Shown here: positions 49,075-61,101 of the stretch, piece after piece
Position numbering within the stretch: the first letter of the stretch is position 1
Layout of the letters: every line of letters starts with the position of its first letter
Assembly: GCA_028868535.1 (NCBI GenBank)
Contig: JAGWUH010000004.1
Coordinates: forward strand, 41,821-105,820
DNA length: 64,000 bases
Source of the DNA: Sphingomonadales bacterium
Lineage (GTDB): Bacteria; Pseudomonadota; Alphaproteobacteria; Sphingomonadales; Sphingomonadaceae
Direction of reading: 5' to 3'
Position numbers and translations under genes: made by a program
Notes under the pieces: model-generated
What the model saw: the letters and a program-made list of their open reading frames with translations, nothing else
Told to the model about the DNA's origin: nothing
The model's database searches: none

Positions 49075-51033
49075 ATGCATTCGACGACGGGCGTCCCGCA
49101 ACCGGCCGGCAATTCCGGTACACCCGGGCATGATTTCAACCATCCGATCTCGTACCGCGGCGACATCGATGGCTTGCGCGCGATCGCCGTTGGCTCGGTC
49201 GTCCTCTTCCACCTCCTGCCCTCCCGCCTGCCTGCGGGCGGCATCGGCGTGGACCTGTTCTTCGTCATTTCCGGATACCTGATCGGGCGTATTGTTCTGG
49301 AGAGCGCGGCGGCCGGCAAGTTCTCGTTCCGCGCGTTCTACCTGCGCCGGGTGCGCCGGATCGCGCCCGCGTTCCTGGCCACGGTGCTCGCCACGGCTGC
49401 CGTCGCCACCACCATGCTCTATCCCTGGGAGCTCGCCGCCTTCGCCCGCAGCACGATGGCGGCACTGGCCTGCGCCTCGAACATCTACTTCTGGGCCACC
49501 GCCGACTATTTCGGTCCCGACAGCACCACGCTGCCGCTGCTGCACACCTGGTCGCTGGGCGTCGAGGAGCAGTTCTACCTGTTCTTTCCGCTGCTGCCGC
49601 TGGCCCTGGCCCAGGTGCGCCAGCGCGCCCTCACCGGCGTCCTGGTCGCCACCGGCCTGCTGTCGCTGGCGATCAGCATCTGGCAGGTCCAGCACGCCGG
49701 GACCGCCGCGTTCTATCTCTTGCCCAGCCGCTGGTGGGAACTGATGGCCGGCGTGGCCGCGACCCGCCTTCCCGACCGCTGGACCGGCCGGGCGGCGCGA
49801 CTGCGGCTTCCCGTCGCCCTTGTCGGCGCGGCACTGGTCGCGGCGTCGTTCGTGCTGGTGCGCCCGGCCGCCGGCTTTCCGGGCCTCGCCGCGGTACCGG
49901 TCGTGCTGGGCACGGCGCTGTTGCTGGTGAGCGGCCAGGCGGGCGGCACCATCGTCCACCGCGCGTTGGCGAACGCGCCGATGCGGCTGATCGGCAAGGC
50001 GTCCTACTCGCTCTACCTGTGGCACTGGCCGGTGATCGTGCTCTACATGATGCAGCGCGTGGTCAGCCGGCCCGATGCCACCGACACGGCGGTGATCCTG
50101 GCGCTGACGGTCGCGCTGGGCTTCGGCTCCTGGCATTTCGTCGAGAAGCCGTTCCGCGCCCGATCGATGACGCCGCGGAAACTCGGCGCCTGGTGCGGTG
50201 GCGGCTTCGCCCTGGCGCTGGTGTTGCAGGCGGTGCTGGTGGCGGCGCAAGGGTTCCCGCAGCGTTTCTCGCAGCGCGTGCTGGAGATCGCGCGCCAGGG
50301 CGACGGCCCCACCGCGCACGAGCCCCCCTATCGCTGCACCTTGCGCTTCGAGGACCCGCCCTCGGCCTACGACGGCAAGCGCTGCCTCGCCAGCGTCCCC
50401 GGCAAGCCCGACTGGCTGCTGGTGGGTGACAGCCATGCGTCGATGCTGTGGGGCGGGCTGGCCGAGACGCTGCCGCAGGTCAACGTCCATCTCGCGGTGG
50501 TCTATGCCTGCAACGTCTCGACCGATCCGGTCCCCAGCGGCCGGGCCTGCGAGGACCTGATCCACCGTGCGCTCGTCGAATATCCGGCCGCGGCCCGGCC
50601 GGCGGCGGTGCTGCTGACCTGGCGCTGGCAATGGGTCGATGCGGAAGGACTGACGCGTCTCAACCGGCGCCTGCAGGCGCTGGGCGTACGCCTGGTGGTG
50701 ATCGGGCCGACGCCGATGTATTCCGCGCCGATACCCCGCATCCTCGCCGAAACCGTGCGGCGCAGCGACCCCGGCTTGAGCGCCCGCGCCCTGCGGCGGA
50801 CGGTGTGGCCGGCCGAGCAGCAGCTGCAGGCGCTCGCCCCCACGGCCGGGTTCATCTACCTGTCGCCGATGCGGGCGATGTGCCAGCCAGACCGCGGTTG
50901 CATCCTGACCAACGCCAAAGGCCGATCGATCTACAACGACAGCGATCATTATACGCCGGAAGGGTCGGTCATGGTGTGGCGGCGGATGCTGGCCGCAAGC
51001 GCTTCCCGGTTGCCGCTGCCGACGCAGCCGTAA
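49075..51033 (+). CDS. OafA/OatA-like acyltransferase_3-SGNH fusion
   Basis: YRGDIDGLRAIAV, HTWSLGVEEQFY, SYSLYLWHWP, GDSHA, DSDH. Confidence 0.92.
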   Translation: MHSTTGVPQPAGNSGTPGHDFNHPISYRGDIDGLRAIAVGSVVLFHLLPSRLPAGGIGVDLFFVISGYLIGRIVLESAAAGKFSFRAFYLRRVRRIAPAFLATVLATAAVATTMLYPWELAAFARSTMAALACASNIYFWATADYFGPDSTTLPLLHTWSLGVEEQFYLFFPLLPLALAQVRQRALTGVLVATGLLSLAISIWQVQHAGTAAFYLLPSRWWELMAGVAATRLPDRWTGRAARLRLPVALVGAALVAASFVLVRPAAGFPGLAAVPVVLGTALLLVSGQAGGTIVHRALANAPMRLIGKASYSLYLWHWPVIVLYMMQRVVSRPDATDTAVILALTVALGFGSWHFVEKPFRARSMTPRKLGAWCGGGFALALVLQAVLVAAQGFPQRFSQRVLEIARQGDGPTAHEPPYRCTLRFEDPPSAYDGKRCLASVPGKPDWLLVGDSHASMLWGGLAETLPQVNVHLAVVYACNVSTDPVPSGRACEDLIHRALVEYPAAARPAAVLLTWRWQWVDAEGLTRLNRRLQALGVRLVVIGPTPMYSAPIPRILAETVRRSDPGLSARALRRTVWPAEQQLQALAPTAGFIYLSPMRAMCQPDRGCILTNAKGRSIYNDSDHYTPEGSVMVWRRMLAASASRLPLPTQP

Positions 51034-51063
51034 GGACAGTCCGGCCCGCGCGCGAAGGCCGGT

Positions 51064-52389
51064 TCAATAGGCCTTGTCGTGCATGATCACGCGGAACGTC
51101 CGCATCAGGATCATGAAGTCTTCCACCAGCGACCAGTTCGACAGGTATTCGAGGTCGCAGCGCACCCGCTGTTCCAGCTCCTGCGGGTTGTCGGTGGCGC
51201 CGCGCAGGCCGCGGATCTGCGCGAGCCCGGTGATGCCGGGCTTGAGCGCGTGGCGAATCCAGTACTGGTCGGTGACCTCCCAGAACAGCGCATCGCCCGC
51301 CAGCGATCCCAGCGCATGGGGGCGCGGACCGACCATGCTCATCTCGCCCCGCAGCACGTTGATCAGCTGCGGCAGCTCGTCGATGCTGGTGCGCCGGATG
51401 AAACGACCGACCTTGGTGATGCGCGCGTCGTTTCGGCTCGCGGAAACGCCGCCGTCCGCATCCGCCAGCATAGCGTGCATCGACCGGAACTTGAGAATCC
51501 AGAACATGCGGTTGCCCAGGCCGACGCGGAGCTGCTTGAAGAAGATCGGGCCCGTGCTGTCGAGCTTGATGGCAATCGCCGTCGCCACCAGCAGCGGGCT
51601 CAGGAAGAGCAGCAGGCCCGAGGCGATGACGATATCGAAGACGCGCTTGCTGAGGCGGCTGGCCACACCCAATGGTCCGCGCGAAATGATCAGCGTGTCC
51701 TGATCGCCGCAGGAGCCGATGGCAATCGCGCCATCGAGCAGCGCGCGATCGATCAGGATTTCCCCGCCGACGTCGGAGCCCTTGAGGAAGGTCGACCAGG
51801 CGCGGCGGTTTTCCGGACGACAGGCGATGACGACGCGGTCGAACGGGGCGATGATCCGCGAGATCGCGTCGATCATCTCCGGCTTGCCAAGGTCCGGCGA
51901 GAGGCCGAGGCGGGCGATGTCGATCACCTCCATGCCGTTGACCGATCGCGCCCGCGCGCCGTCGAGGATCAGGACTTCGGCAGTCGGGAACGGACCCAGC
52001 ACCACCCGGGCGATCATCGACAGCAGCCCCTCGCCCACCACCAGGAAGGCGCCGCCACTGGCGACGGTCATCGCGAAGGCGAGCCGCGACAGGTCCTGCA
52101 CCTTGAGGAAGAACAGCCCCAGCACCAGCAGCAGCACCGACCCGACATAGGCCCCCATCGCCCGGCGCAGGCCCAGCGAACGGTTGCGGAGCGTTTCCAC
52201 GCTCTGCACCTCCCGCGCGACCGCGAACATCACGTAGAGCGGCACCAGCAGGGCAACGGTGGTCACCCCGGTTCGGTATCCCGACGGATCGCCGAACACG
52301 ACGACGAAGCCGAGCGAGGCGGAAATCGACAGAATATTGACCAGCAGCGAAAGACCGTACAAAAACAAACGCTTGTTGCGCGCGGGCAT
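51064..52389 (-). CDS. Priming undecaprenyl-phosphate sugar phosphotransferase (WcaJ-like)
   Basis: KRVFD, KFRSM, SIDELPQLINVLRGEMSMVGPRP, KPGITGLAQ. Confidence 0.93.
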   Translation of the reverse strand: MPARNKRLFLYGLSLLVNILSISASLGFVVVFGDPSGYRTGVTTVALLVPLYVMFAVAREVQSVETLRNRSLGLRRAMGAYVGSVLLLVLGLFFLKVQDLSRLAFAMTVASGGAFLVVGEGLLSMIARVVLGPFPTAEVLILDGARARSVNGMEVIDIARLGLSPDLGKPEMIDAISRIIAPFDRVVIACRPENRRAWSTFLKGSDVGGEILIDRALLDGAIAIGSCGDQDTLIISRGPLGVASRLSKRVFDIVIASGLLLFLSPLLVATAIAIKLDSTGPIFFKQLRVGLGNRMFWILKFRSMHAMLADADGGVSASRNDARITKVGRFIRRTSIDELPQLINVLRGEMSMVGPRPHALGSLAGDALFWEVTDQYWIRHALKPGITGLAQIRGLRGATDNPQELEQRVRCDLEYLSNWSLVEDFMILMRTFRVIMHDKAY

Positions 52390-52648
52390 CGCCCGCTTGC
52401 TGGCTTGGCCGGAGGCAAGCAACTGTATGTGATCGTGATGTTCCAGCACAGTAAACCTACACTCGCTGCCGCACAGCCACACCCGGTCTACACGAGGAGG
52501 CCGCCATGCACAGGGGCAGAATACCAGAAAACGGTAAATGCCGCATTGCCGCGTAATCCCCTTTCACCGTCAACTGTATCAAAACGGGCTCGATCGGCGG
52601 CTTGCATTACTGTCATTCTCGCTTCGGCGCGGTGCGCGCCTGGGGGAA

Positions 52649-53680
52649 TCACATTTTCTGGTCAAGCAGCCAGGAACCGATCGGCGACGAACCGAGCCGT
52701 GTGACCCCCAGGACGAAGTCCTTGGCGCGGGAGCCGATCCACAACGGTGCATCGGCGGTCAGCGCGCGCGTCCGCCGGAAGGAACCGAAGCGATCGCCGA
52801 AGCGCGCCTGATCGAACACCCCCACGCGGGAGGCCCAATAGGCCCGCCGCTGGCGATACCGTTCGGCCGCCTGGGCTGCGGCATCGCCATAAGGCCCCGG
52901 CCGCGCGGCGAGTTCGGCGAACAGCCTGGCCATGTCCGCGTCGAACCGGTCGTGCTCGCGATATTCCCCGATCGGCACGCGGATCAGCGCGCGCCACCTG
53001 TTGCGCTTGCGCTGCCGCGTCTGGCCGGAAACGTTCGCGCCATGCTGGCGATAAAGGATCAAGGGCGTTATCAGGTGCGACACCGCGCCGAGCGCCGACG
53101 CCAGCACGTAGATCCAGGTGTCATGCGAAAGCGGCCGGTCCTGCCCCGGCTGGCGCGGGCGCCGTTCGCGCGGGATCAGGCCCAGCAGTTCGGCGCGGAA
53201 CAGCATCGTGTTGCCCCAGCCTGTGCCGAACGGGTGAAGCGTGAGCGGCGGATGGCGGCAATCGCGGCTGATGCCCGGGTTCCACTGGAACCCGGTCGGC
53301 CGCAACGCGCTGTCGGTGACCGTCAGCGTGTGCATGGCGAGAAGGCTGCGGTCCGCTTCCAGCCGCTCGGCGGCGGCCCGAAGCTTGTCGGGCAACCAGA
53401 CGTCATCCTGGTCCGAGAAGGCGATCAGCGGCTGTCGGCACGCTTGAGCCGCATGCAGGAAATTGTCGCCGAAACCCAGTCGGGCATCGTTCTCGAGAAT
53501 GCGGACCGGAAAGGGGGCGCGGGCCTTGAACCGCGTGACAATGTCCAAGGTGGCGTCGGTAGAGCCATCGTCGCTGACGACAAGTTCCGCCGGGCGCAGG
53601 GTCTGCCCGGCGATGCTGGCCAACTGTTCGGCCAGGAACGCCGCGCCATTGTACGTCGCCATCGCCACGGAAACGTTCAT
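52649..53680 (-). CDS. Glycosyltransferase family 2
   Basis: MATYNG, DDGSTD, FSDQDDVW, HDTW, YRQHG; similar to 9515-10531. Confidence 0.9.
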   Translation of the reverse strand: MNVSVAMATYNGAAFLAEQLASIAGQTLRPAELVVSDDGSTDATLDIVTRFKARAPFPVRILENDARLGFGDNFLHAAQACRQPLIAFSDQDDVWLPDKLRAAAERLEADRSLLAMHTLTVTDSALRPTGFQWNPGISRDCRHPPLTLHPFGTGWGNTMLFRAELLGLIPRERRPRQPGQDRPLSHDTWIYVLASALGAVSHLITPLILYRQHGANVSGQTRQRKRNRWRALIRVPIGEYREHDRFDADMARLFAELAARPGPYGDAAAQAAERYRQRRAYWASRVGVFDQARFGDRFGSFRRTRALTADAPLWIGSRAKDFVLGVTRLGSSPIGSWLLDQKM

Positions 53681-53880
53681 CTCCGTCCCTCCAGCGTGAA
53701 TGCAGGCGCATTCCCGATACGCAACGCGTCACTGCCGATTGCGGGCCGGGCGCAAGGTATCAGGCTGGAAGGAGGAAGGGAACCGTGCGCTTCAATTCGG
53801 AGAAGCTTGCGCGCAGTGGACGGCAGGTGATGAAGCCGGCCGCGAATGTCGTACGGAGAACGAGAACTCGGCCGCTTCGG

Positions 53881-54354
53881 TCAGAACACCAGCCACGCGC
53901 CACCGATCAGCGCGGCCCAGAGCAGGCTGGTGGCGCCGACGATGATTATCGCGCGCTGGCGCAGCGGCAGCTTGGCATCGTCCGCCGCGAACGTCGCCGC
54001 GTCCTCGCGCGGCGGGACGAAGCGCTGGACGTTGTTCAGCGTCGCGGCGGTGACCGACCCGGACGGCAGCGGCGCGTCGAACACGCAGCCATATGTGCCG
54101 TCGCGGCCCCACACCACCTGGGCATAGACCCGTCCGACCCCGGCGATGCCGAGCGCGATGCTGGCGCCGGTCGCGACCTTGAGGTCGGTGGTGATCCGGC
54201 AGCCTTCGCGGGTCAGGTCCTCGATATGGATCTCGTGCGCGATACCGTCGGCGCGAAGCACGGCCTGCCGGTCGATCGGAAGACGATCGTCGACGCGCTG
54301 GTCGTGAAGTTCGAGTGAGCCGATGCCGCTGACGGTGGCCGAAAGACTTGCCAT
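53881..54354 (-). CDS. PilZ-domain protein with C-terminal TM
   Basis: RVDDR (RxxxR), DLTREG (D-x-S/T-x-x-G), VVWGRDG..GCVF, terminal hydrophobic helix. Confidence 0.75.
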   Translation of the reverse strand: MASLSATVSGIGSLELHDQRVDDRLPIDRQAVLRADGIAHEIHIEDLTREGCRITTDLKVATGASIALGIAGVGRVYAQVVWGRDGTYGCVFDAPLPSGSVTAATLNNVQRFVPPREDAATFAADDAKLPLRQRAIIIVGATSLLWAALIGGAWLVF

Positions 54355-54412
54355 GGAATGCCCCGGAATGTTCTGACCAGGACACCGTTATCATCGAGCC
54401 GGTTACCAATCG

Positions 54413-55600
54413 TTAAATCGGGAATATCGCCGTCCCGTCGCCGCCCGGTGCAGCGCACTTCGATGCCACCCCGGCCAGATCGGCGAGGAATTCGGCCTGC
54501 ACCGCCGTCGGCCGCCACGACGCGCGGGTGGTGACGCCGATTGTTCGCTCCAGGCCGATCGGCGCCGCGCACAAGGCGGTGAGCCAGCCGGCCTCGAGCT
54601 CGACCGCGACCTGGTCGAGCGACAGCAGCGTCAGGAAGTCGCTGTCGATCAGCAACTGCCGGATGATCATCACCGAGCCGGATTCGATCGGCACGGCCGG
54701 CGGCGGAATGCCGGCGGCCCGGAACATCTGTTCGAAACTGTCGCGCAAGGGCGCGCCGGGGCCGGCAACGATCCACGGAAACGATGCAAGGTCCGCCGGC
54801 CCGGGCCGCAGCCCCTGCAACGGGTGGCCGCTGCGCGCGATGATCGCGGGCATGTCGGAGAACAGCGCCTGCTGGACCAGGTCGGGTTCGACCAGCGGAT
54901 CGCGCAGGGCGCCGACCATGCAGTCGATCACGCCGTTGCGCAGCGGCTCGACCAGTTCGGCGCGGCTGCCTTCGACGATCGAGACGCGCACTTGCGGGTG
55001 CCGCTTGAGAAAGCGGGCAATCGCCGCCGGCAGCACCCGCGCGCGCGACAGGGGCATGGCGCCGATGGCAATGCTGCGCGTCTCGTGCCCCCGCAGCGCC
55101 TCGAGTTCGGCCAGGCCCGCCGCCAGCTCGACCCGCGCGAGGCGGAAGGCGCGGGCCAGCGCCGCCCCCGATTCGGTCAGGATGACGACCTTGCCGCGCC
55201 GCTCCACCAGCGGCTTGCGCAACGACAGCGCCAGGTCGTTGACCGCACGGTGCAGCGACGGCAGCGACAGGCCGGTGCGGGCCCTGGCGCCGTTGTAGGA
55301 ACCGCTGTCGGCCAGCGCCAGCAGCGCCCGCATCCGCGACATGGTCACGTGCGGGGTGGCGATGTGTGCCAGCGCGGCTTCGATGCGCGGCACCAGCAGA
55401 CGCGCCGCATCGGTCGGAACCATGCCGTTGTGGCGACGTTCGAACAACTGGGTCGACGTCAGCGACTCGATCCGCTCCAACGCCTGGGTTATGGCCGGCT
55501 GCGTCAGGTTCACTGCCTGCGCGGCGGCGCTCATCGTGCCAAGTTCGGCGATTCTCGCGATCGCGGCGAGGTGCCTGAGGTTCAGGTCCCAGATGTCCAT
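54413..55600 (-). CDS. ligR: LysR-family regulator with tandem HTH domains (LigR type)
   Basis: LNLRHL..NLTQPAITQAL plus a second HTH (GLSLPSLHRAV); divergent from ligK. Confidence 0.88.
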   Translation of the reverse strand: MDIWDLNLRHLAAIARIAELGTMSAAAQAVNLTQPAITQALERIESLTSTQLFERRHNGMVPTDAARLLVPRIEAALAHIATPHVTMSRMRALLALADSGSYNGARARTGLSLPSLHRAVNDLALSLRKPLVERRGKVVILTESGAALARAFRLARVELAAGLAELEALRGHETRSIAIGAMPLSRARVLPAAIARFLKRHPQVRVSIVEGSRAELVEPLRNGVIDCMVGALRDPLVEPDLVQQALFSDMPAIIARSGHPLQGLRPGPADLASFPWIVAGPGAPLRDSFEQMFRAAGIPPPAVPIESGSVMIIRQLLIDSDFLTLLSLDQVAVELEAGWLTALCAAPIGLERTIGVTTRASWRPTAVQAEFLADLAGVASKCAAPGGDGTAIFPI

Positions 55601-55610
55601 GCGACCGTGT

Positions 55611-55624
55611 TTAGCGAAATCTAA
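55611..55624. promoter_or_regulatory. Candidate LysR (LigR) box in the ligR-ligK spacer
   Basis: TTAG-CGAAAT-CTAA dyad containing T-N11-A, just upstream of the ligR ATG. Confidence 0.45.
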
Positions 55625-55705
55625 TCGCGTGGCCAGTGTTTCGCTTTCCCTTCCCGCGGCGGCGGGCGCAACGCCACGATCATCCTTGCGTCCAGGAGTC
55701 GGCCG

Positions 55706-56372
55706 ATGAGCGGAGTAGTCGTCCAGAATATCCAGCGTGCCGCCGCGGACGTGATCGACGGCCTGGCGGCTTGCGGCGTCGCCACCGTGCACGAGGCGCA
55801 GGGCCGGACCGGTCTTCTCGCCAGCTACATGCGGCCGATCTATCCGGGTGCGCGCATCGCCGGCAGCGCGGTGACGATCAGCGCGCCGCCCGGCGATAAC
55901 TGGATGGTCCATGTCGCCATCGAGCAATTGCAGGCCGGGGACATCCTGGTGCTGGCCCCGACCAGCCCTTGCGAGGATGGCTATTTCGGCGATCTGCTGG
56001 CCACGTCGGCGCAGGCGCGTGGCTGCCGCGGGCTGGTGATCGATGCCGGGGTGCGCGACGTGCGCGACCTGACCGAGATGAACTTCCCGGTGTGGTCGAA
56101 GTGCATCTCGGCGCAAGGGACCATCAAGGCGACGCTGGGCAGCGTCAACGTGCCGGTGGTCTGCGCGCGGGCGCTGGTCCATCCCGGCGACGTCATCGTC
56201 GCCGATGACGACGGCGTCTGCGTGGTACCGCGCGCCGATGCGGAAGGCGTGCTGAAGGCAGCCCAGGCGCGCGAGGCCAACGAGGCCGAGAAACGCGCCA
56301 AGCTCGCCGCCGGCGTGCTCGGCCTCGACATGTACAAGATGCGCGAGCGGCTGGCGGCCGAGGGCCTCAAGT

Positions 56373-56380
<8 letters not shown>
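55706..56380 (+). CDS. ligK: 4-carboxy-4-hydroxy-2-oxoadipate aldolase
   Basis: [34 protein letters not shown]. Confidence 0.93.
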
Positions 56381-58353
<1,973 letters not shown>

Positions 58354-58381
58354 GGCGGATTAGAACCCCATTGGCGCCAGG

Positions 58382-58612
58382 TCAGGCGATCTCGCCGATC
58401 TCCGTGCCGACGTCGTAGGTCTCGCCGGCGGCGGCCTTGATCGTCAGCGTGCCCGAGGCGGGCGCCTCGATGTCGCGCGCGGTCTTGTCGGTTTCGAGCA
58501 CGTAGATGACGTCGCCTTCGTTCACGGCGGCGCCATCGGCCACTTTCCATTCGGCGAGCGTGCCCTCGACCATGGACATTTCGAGCTTGGGGATGGTCAG
58601 AACCGTCGACAT
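58382..58612 (-). CDS. Stand-alone lipoyl-domain protein
   Basis: 76 aa; PKLEMSMVEG, LETDK lipoyl-lysine motif, IEAPASG. Confidence 0.88.
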   Translation of the reverse strand: MSTVLTIPKLEMSMVEGTLAEWKVADGAAVNEGDVIYVLETDKTARDIEAPASGTLTIKAAAGETYDVGTEIGEIA

Positions 58613-58638
58613 GGCTGGAACTCCTCGAATTCAGGGGA

Positions 58639-60657
58639 TCAGGACTTCATCGCGGCGCGGACGCGCGCGACGATCGAACCGGCGTTGGGCACCTGGGCGC
58701 TCTCGATCGCGTTGGAATAGGCGATCGGCGCCCAGTCCGCGCCGAGGCGGATGGCCGGGCTCTTCAGCGTCGACCACAGCTCCTCGTTGATGGTCGAGGC
58801 GATCTCGGCGCCGAGGCCGCAGAATTCGGTCGCGGCGTGGACGACCAGCGCGCGGCGGGTCTTCTTCACCGAATCGAGGACGCGGTGGTAATCGAGCGGG
58901 ACCAGGCTGCGCAGGTCGATGACCTCGGCGCTGATGCCATCCTTGGCCAGCTCCTCCGCCGCCGCGAGGCATTGCGCCACCTGCCAGCCGTACGTGACCA
59001 GCGTGATGTCGGTGCCCTCGCGCTTGACCTTGGCGACGCCGAGCGGGATCCGGTAGTCCTCCAGCGCCACGTCCGCTTTGGTGCCGCGCAGGCACATCAG
59101 CGATTCGAGGTGGACGCAAGGGTCCTCGTCGAAGATGCACGACAGCAGCAGGCCCTTGGCGTCGGCCGGGTTCGACGGATAGACCACCTTGATCCCCGGC
59201 GTGTGCAGCAGCCAGGCCTCCAGGCTCTGCGAGTGCTGGGCGCCGAAGCCGCCCATGCCGCCGCCCACCATCATGCGGATCGTCAGCGGCGCATGGGTGG
59301 CGCTGCCCGACATGTAGCGCTGCTTGGCGGCGTGATTGGCGATCTGGTCGAGGCAGACCCCCAGGAAGTCGGCGAACATGATCTCCGCGATCGGCCGCAT
59401 CCCGACGATCGACGCGCCAATGGCGGTGCCGATGATCGCCTGCTCGGCGATCGGCGTCGGGCGGACGCGCTTGCCGTAAGTGGTCTGGAGGCCGCGATTG
59501 GTGGCGAACACGCCGCCGTGCGGGTCGCCGACGTCCTCGCCCAGCAGGAACACCTGCGGGTCCGCGGCGAAGGCGATTTCCTGAGCCGATCGCACCGCAT
59601 CGAGCATCAGCATCGACTTGCGCTCCCCGGTCGGCTCGACCTCGGCGACGCGGACCGGGTAGTGGCCGCGCTGCGGCACGCTGTCGCCATCCGCGAAGAC
59701 GTCGGTGAGCGTCTCGGTGGCCGGGGTCACCGGGCAGGCCATCGCGCGCGACAGCGCGTCGTCCACCTCGGCCTGGGCGGCGGCATCGAGCGCGTCAAGT
59801 TCCTCGGCGGTGCAGATCCCGGCATCGAGCAGCAGCGCGCGGGTGGTCGGCACCGGCCAGCGGGTCTTGGCCGCGGCGACTTCCTCCTTGCTGTGCTGCG
59901 GGCTGTCGCCGACGCCGGCGTGCGGCCCGATGCGGAAGGTCTGCGCCTCGACGAAGACCGGGCCATTGCCGGCGCGCACCCCGTCGATGACCTCCTTCAT
60001 GCCCTTGTAGAAGGCGGCGGGATCGTTGCCGTCGAGCACCACGCCCTTGAAGCCCAGCGCATCGGCACGCGCGGCGAAGCTCTTGCTGGCGGTATAGTCG
60101 GGGATCTTCGTGTATTCGCCGATCGTGTTGTTCTGGCACAGGAAGATCACCGGCAGGCCCCATGCGCCGGCCAGGTTCATCGCCTCGTGCACCGCGCCGA
60201 TCGAGGTGGCGCCATCGCCGAAGTTGACGATGGTCACCCGGTCCTCGCCCCGGGCCTGCGCGGCAAAGGCGAGGCCGTTGGCGATCGGCGCGCCGGCGCC
60301 GACGATCGCGGTCGTCACCATCGAGCCGGACGCCGGATCGGAGATGTGCGGCGCGCCGCCCTTGCCCTTGTTGACGCCATCGGTGCGGCCGAGCATCTCG
60401 GTGAACAGGTCGTAGAGATCGACGCCCTTGCCGACCTGGTCGTGGATGCCGCGATAAGTGGTGACCATGTAGTCGCGGTGAGTGACGAGCTGCGAAATCG
60501 TCGCCGGGATGCATTCCTGCCCGGTCATCGGCCAGTACGAGAACATGAACTTGCCCGCCGAAAGGCCGGCCTGGATCGCCTTGTCGACCGCGCGGATGCG
60601 GGCCATCTGGCCATAGATCGCCTTCAGGACTTCAGGCTCGATCCCTAGATTGCTCAT
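58639..60657 (-). CDS. Fused E1 alpha/beta TPP-dependent 2-oxoacid/acetoin-type dehydrogenase
   Basis: GDGA..NN TPP motif, LGEDV, TPIAEQ, EIMFADF, AQHSQ, EVIDLRSL. Confidence 0.9.
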   Translation of the reverse strand: MSNLGIEPEVLKAIYGQMARIRAVDKAIQAGLSAGKFMFSYWPMTGQECIPATISQLVTHRDYMVTTYRGIHDQVGKGVDLYDLFTEMLGRTDGVNKGKGGAPHISDPASGSMVTTAIVGAGAPIANGLAFAAQARGEDRVTIVNFGDGATSIGAVHEAMNLAGAWGLPVIFLCQNNTIGEYTKIPDYTASKSFAARADALGFKGVVLDGNDPAAFYKGMKEVIDGVRAGNGPVFVEAQTFRIGPHAGVGDSPQHSKEEVAAAKTRWPVPTTRALLLDAGICTAEELDALDAAAQAEVDDALSRAMACPVTPATETLTDVFADGDSVPQRGHYPVRVAEVEPTGERKSMLMLDAVRSAQEIAFAADPQVFLLGEDVGDPHGGVFATNRGLQTTYGKRVRPTPIAEQAIIGTAIGASIVGMRPIAEIMFADFLGVCLDQIANHAAKQRYMSGSATHAPLTIRMMVGGGMGGFGAQHSQSLEAWLLHTPGIKVVYPSNPADAKGLLLSCIFDEDPCVHLESLMCLRGTKADVALEDYRIPLGVAKVKREGTDITLVTYGWQVAQCLAAAEELAKDGISAEVIDLRSLVPLDYHRVLDSVKKTRRALVVHAATEFCGLGAEIASTINEELWSTLKSPAIRLGADWAPIAYSNAIESAQVPNAGSIVARVRAAMKS

Positions 60658-61042
60658 GTTACCCCGCTGCGGTTGGTCTCGCGGGTTCATTTGCATAGCC
60701 GGCCCCGGCAGGCAACCGCGCGCGCTTCGCCCGGGCGTTGGGCGTCGGGTTCAGACGCGGTGGGCGCGCGACCTTGCCGATCCAGGCAAGCCGTGTGCGG
60801 TCGCCCGCCATCCTGAGCACAGCATGAACGCGGTCGCACCGGGCGGCGGGATGCGCGGGTGATCCGCAAGGGGAGGCCTTGCCCGATGGCGGCCAGCCGC
60901 ACTCCGGCCGGGGCCTCCACGCAAAGGGTTGTTTCACATAGGTATTTACCCTGACGGCGCAGTACCGGGCCTCGACGAATACTTGATTCCGGCGGCTGGT
61001 TAGTTGCGGCGCAAGTATTGATCCAAGTCAAACCACCCGACG

Positions 61043-61059
61043 TGTGCCATTTTGAGATG
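61043..61059. promoter_or_regulatory. Candidate 17-bp operator upstream of the NIDO PEP-CTERM gene
   Basis: TGTGCCA-TTT-TGAGATG, ~110 bp before the ATG. Confidence 0.4.
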
Positions 61060-61101
61060 CAGATTTTTCGGTTTTCCGTTGCCCGCAAGCCCCTCGGTCT
61101 G

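Noticed and set aside
54402-54417. CtrA-like site upstream of the PilZ gene
   Set aside because: Two mismatches and overlap with the ligR stop codon; too weak to call.
60660-60960. GC-rich structured leader upstream of the TPP-dependent E1 gene as a TPP riboswitch
   Set aside because: The conserved GCTGAGA and CCTGA core elements were not found in the proper arrangement on the coding strand.
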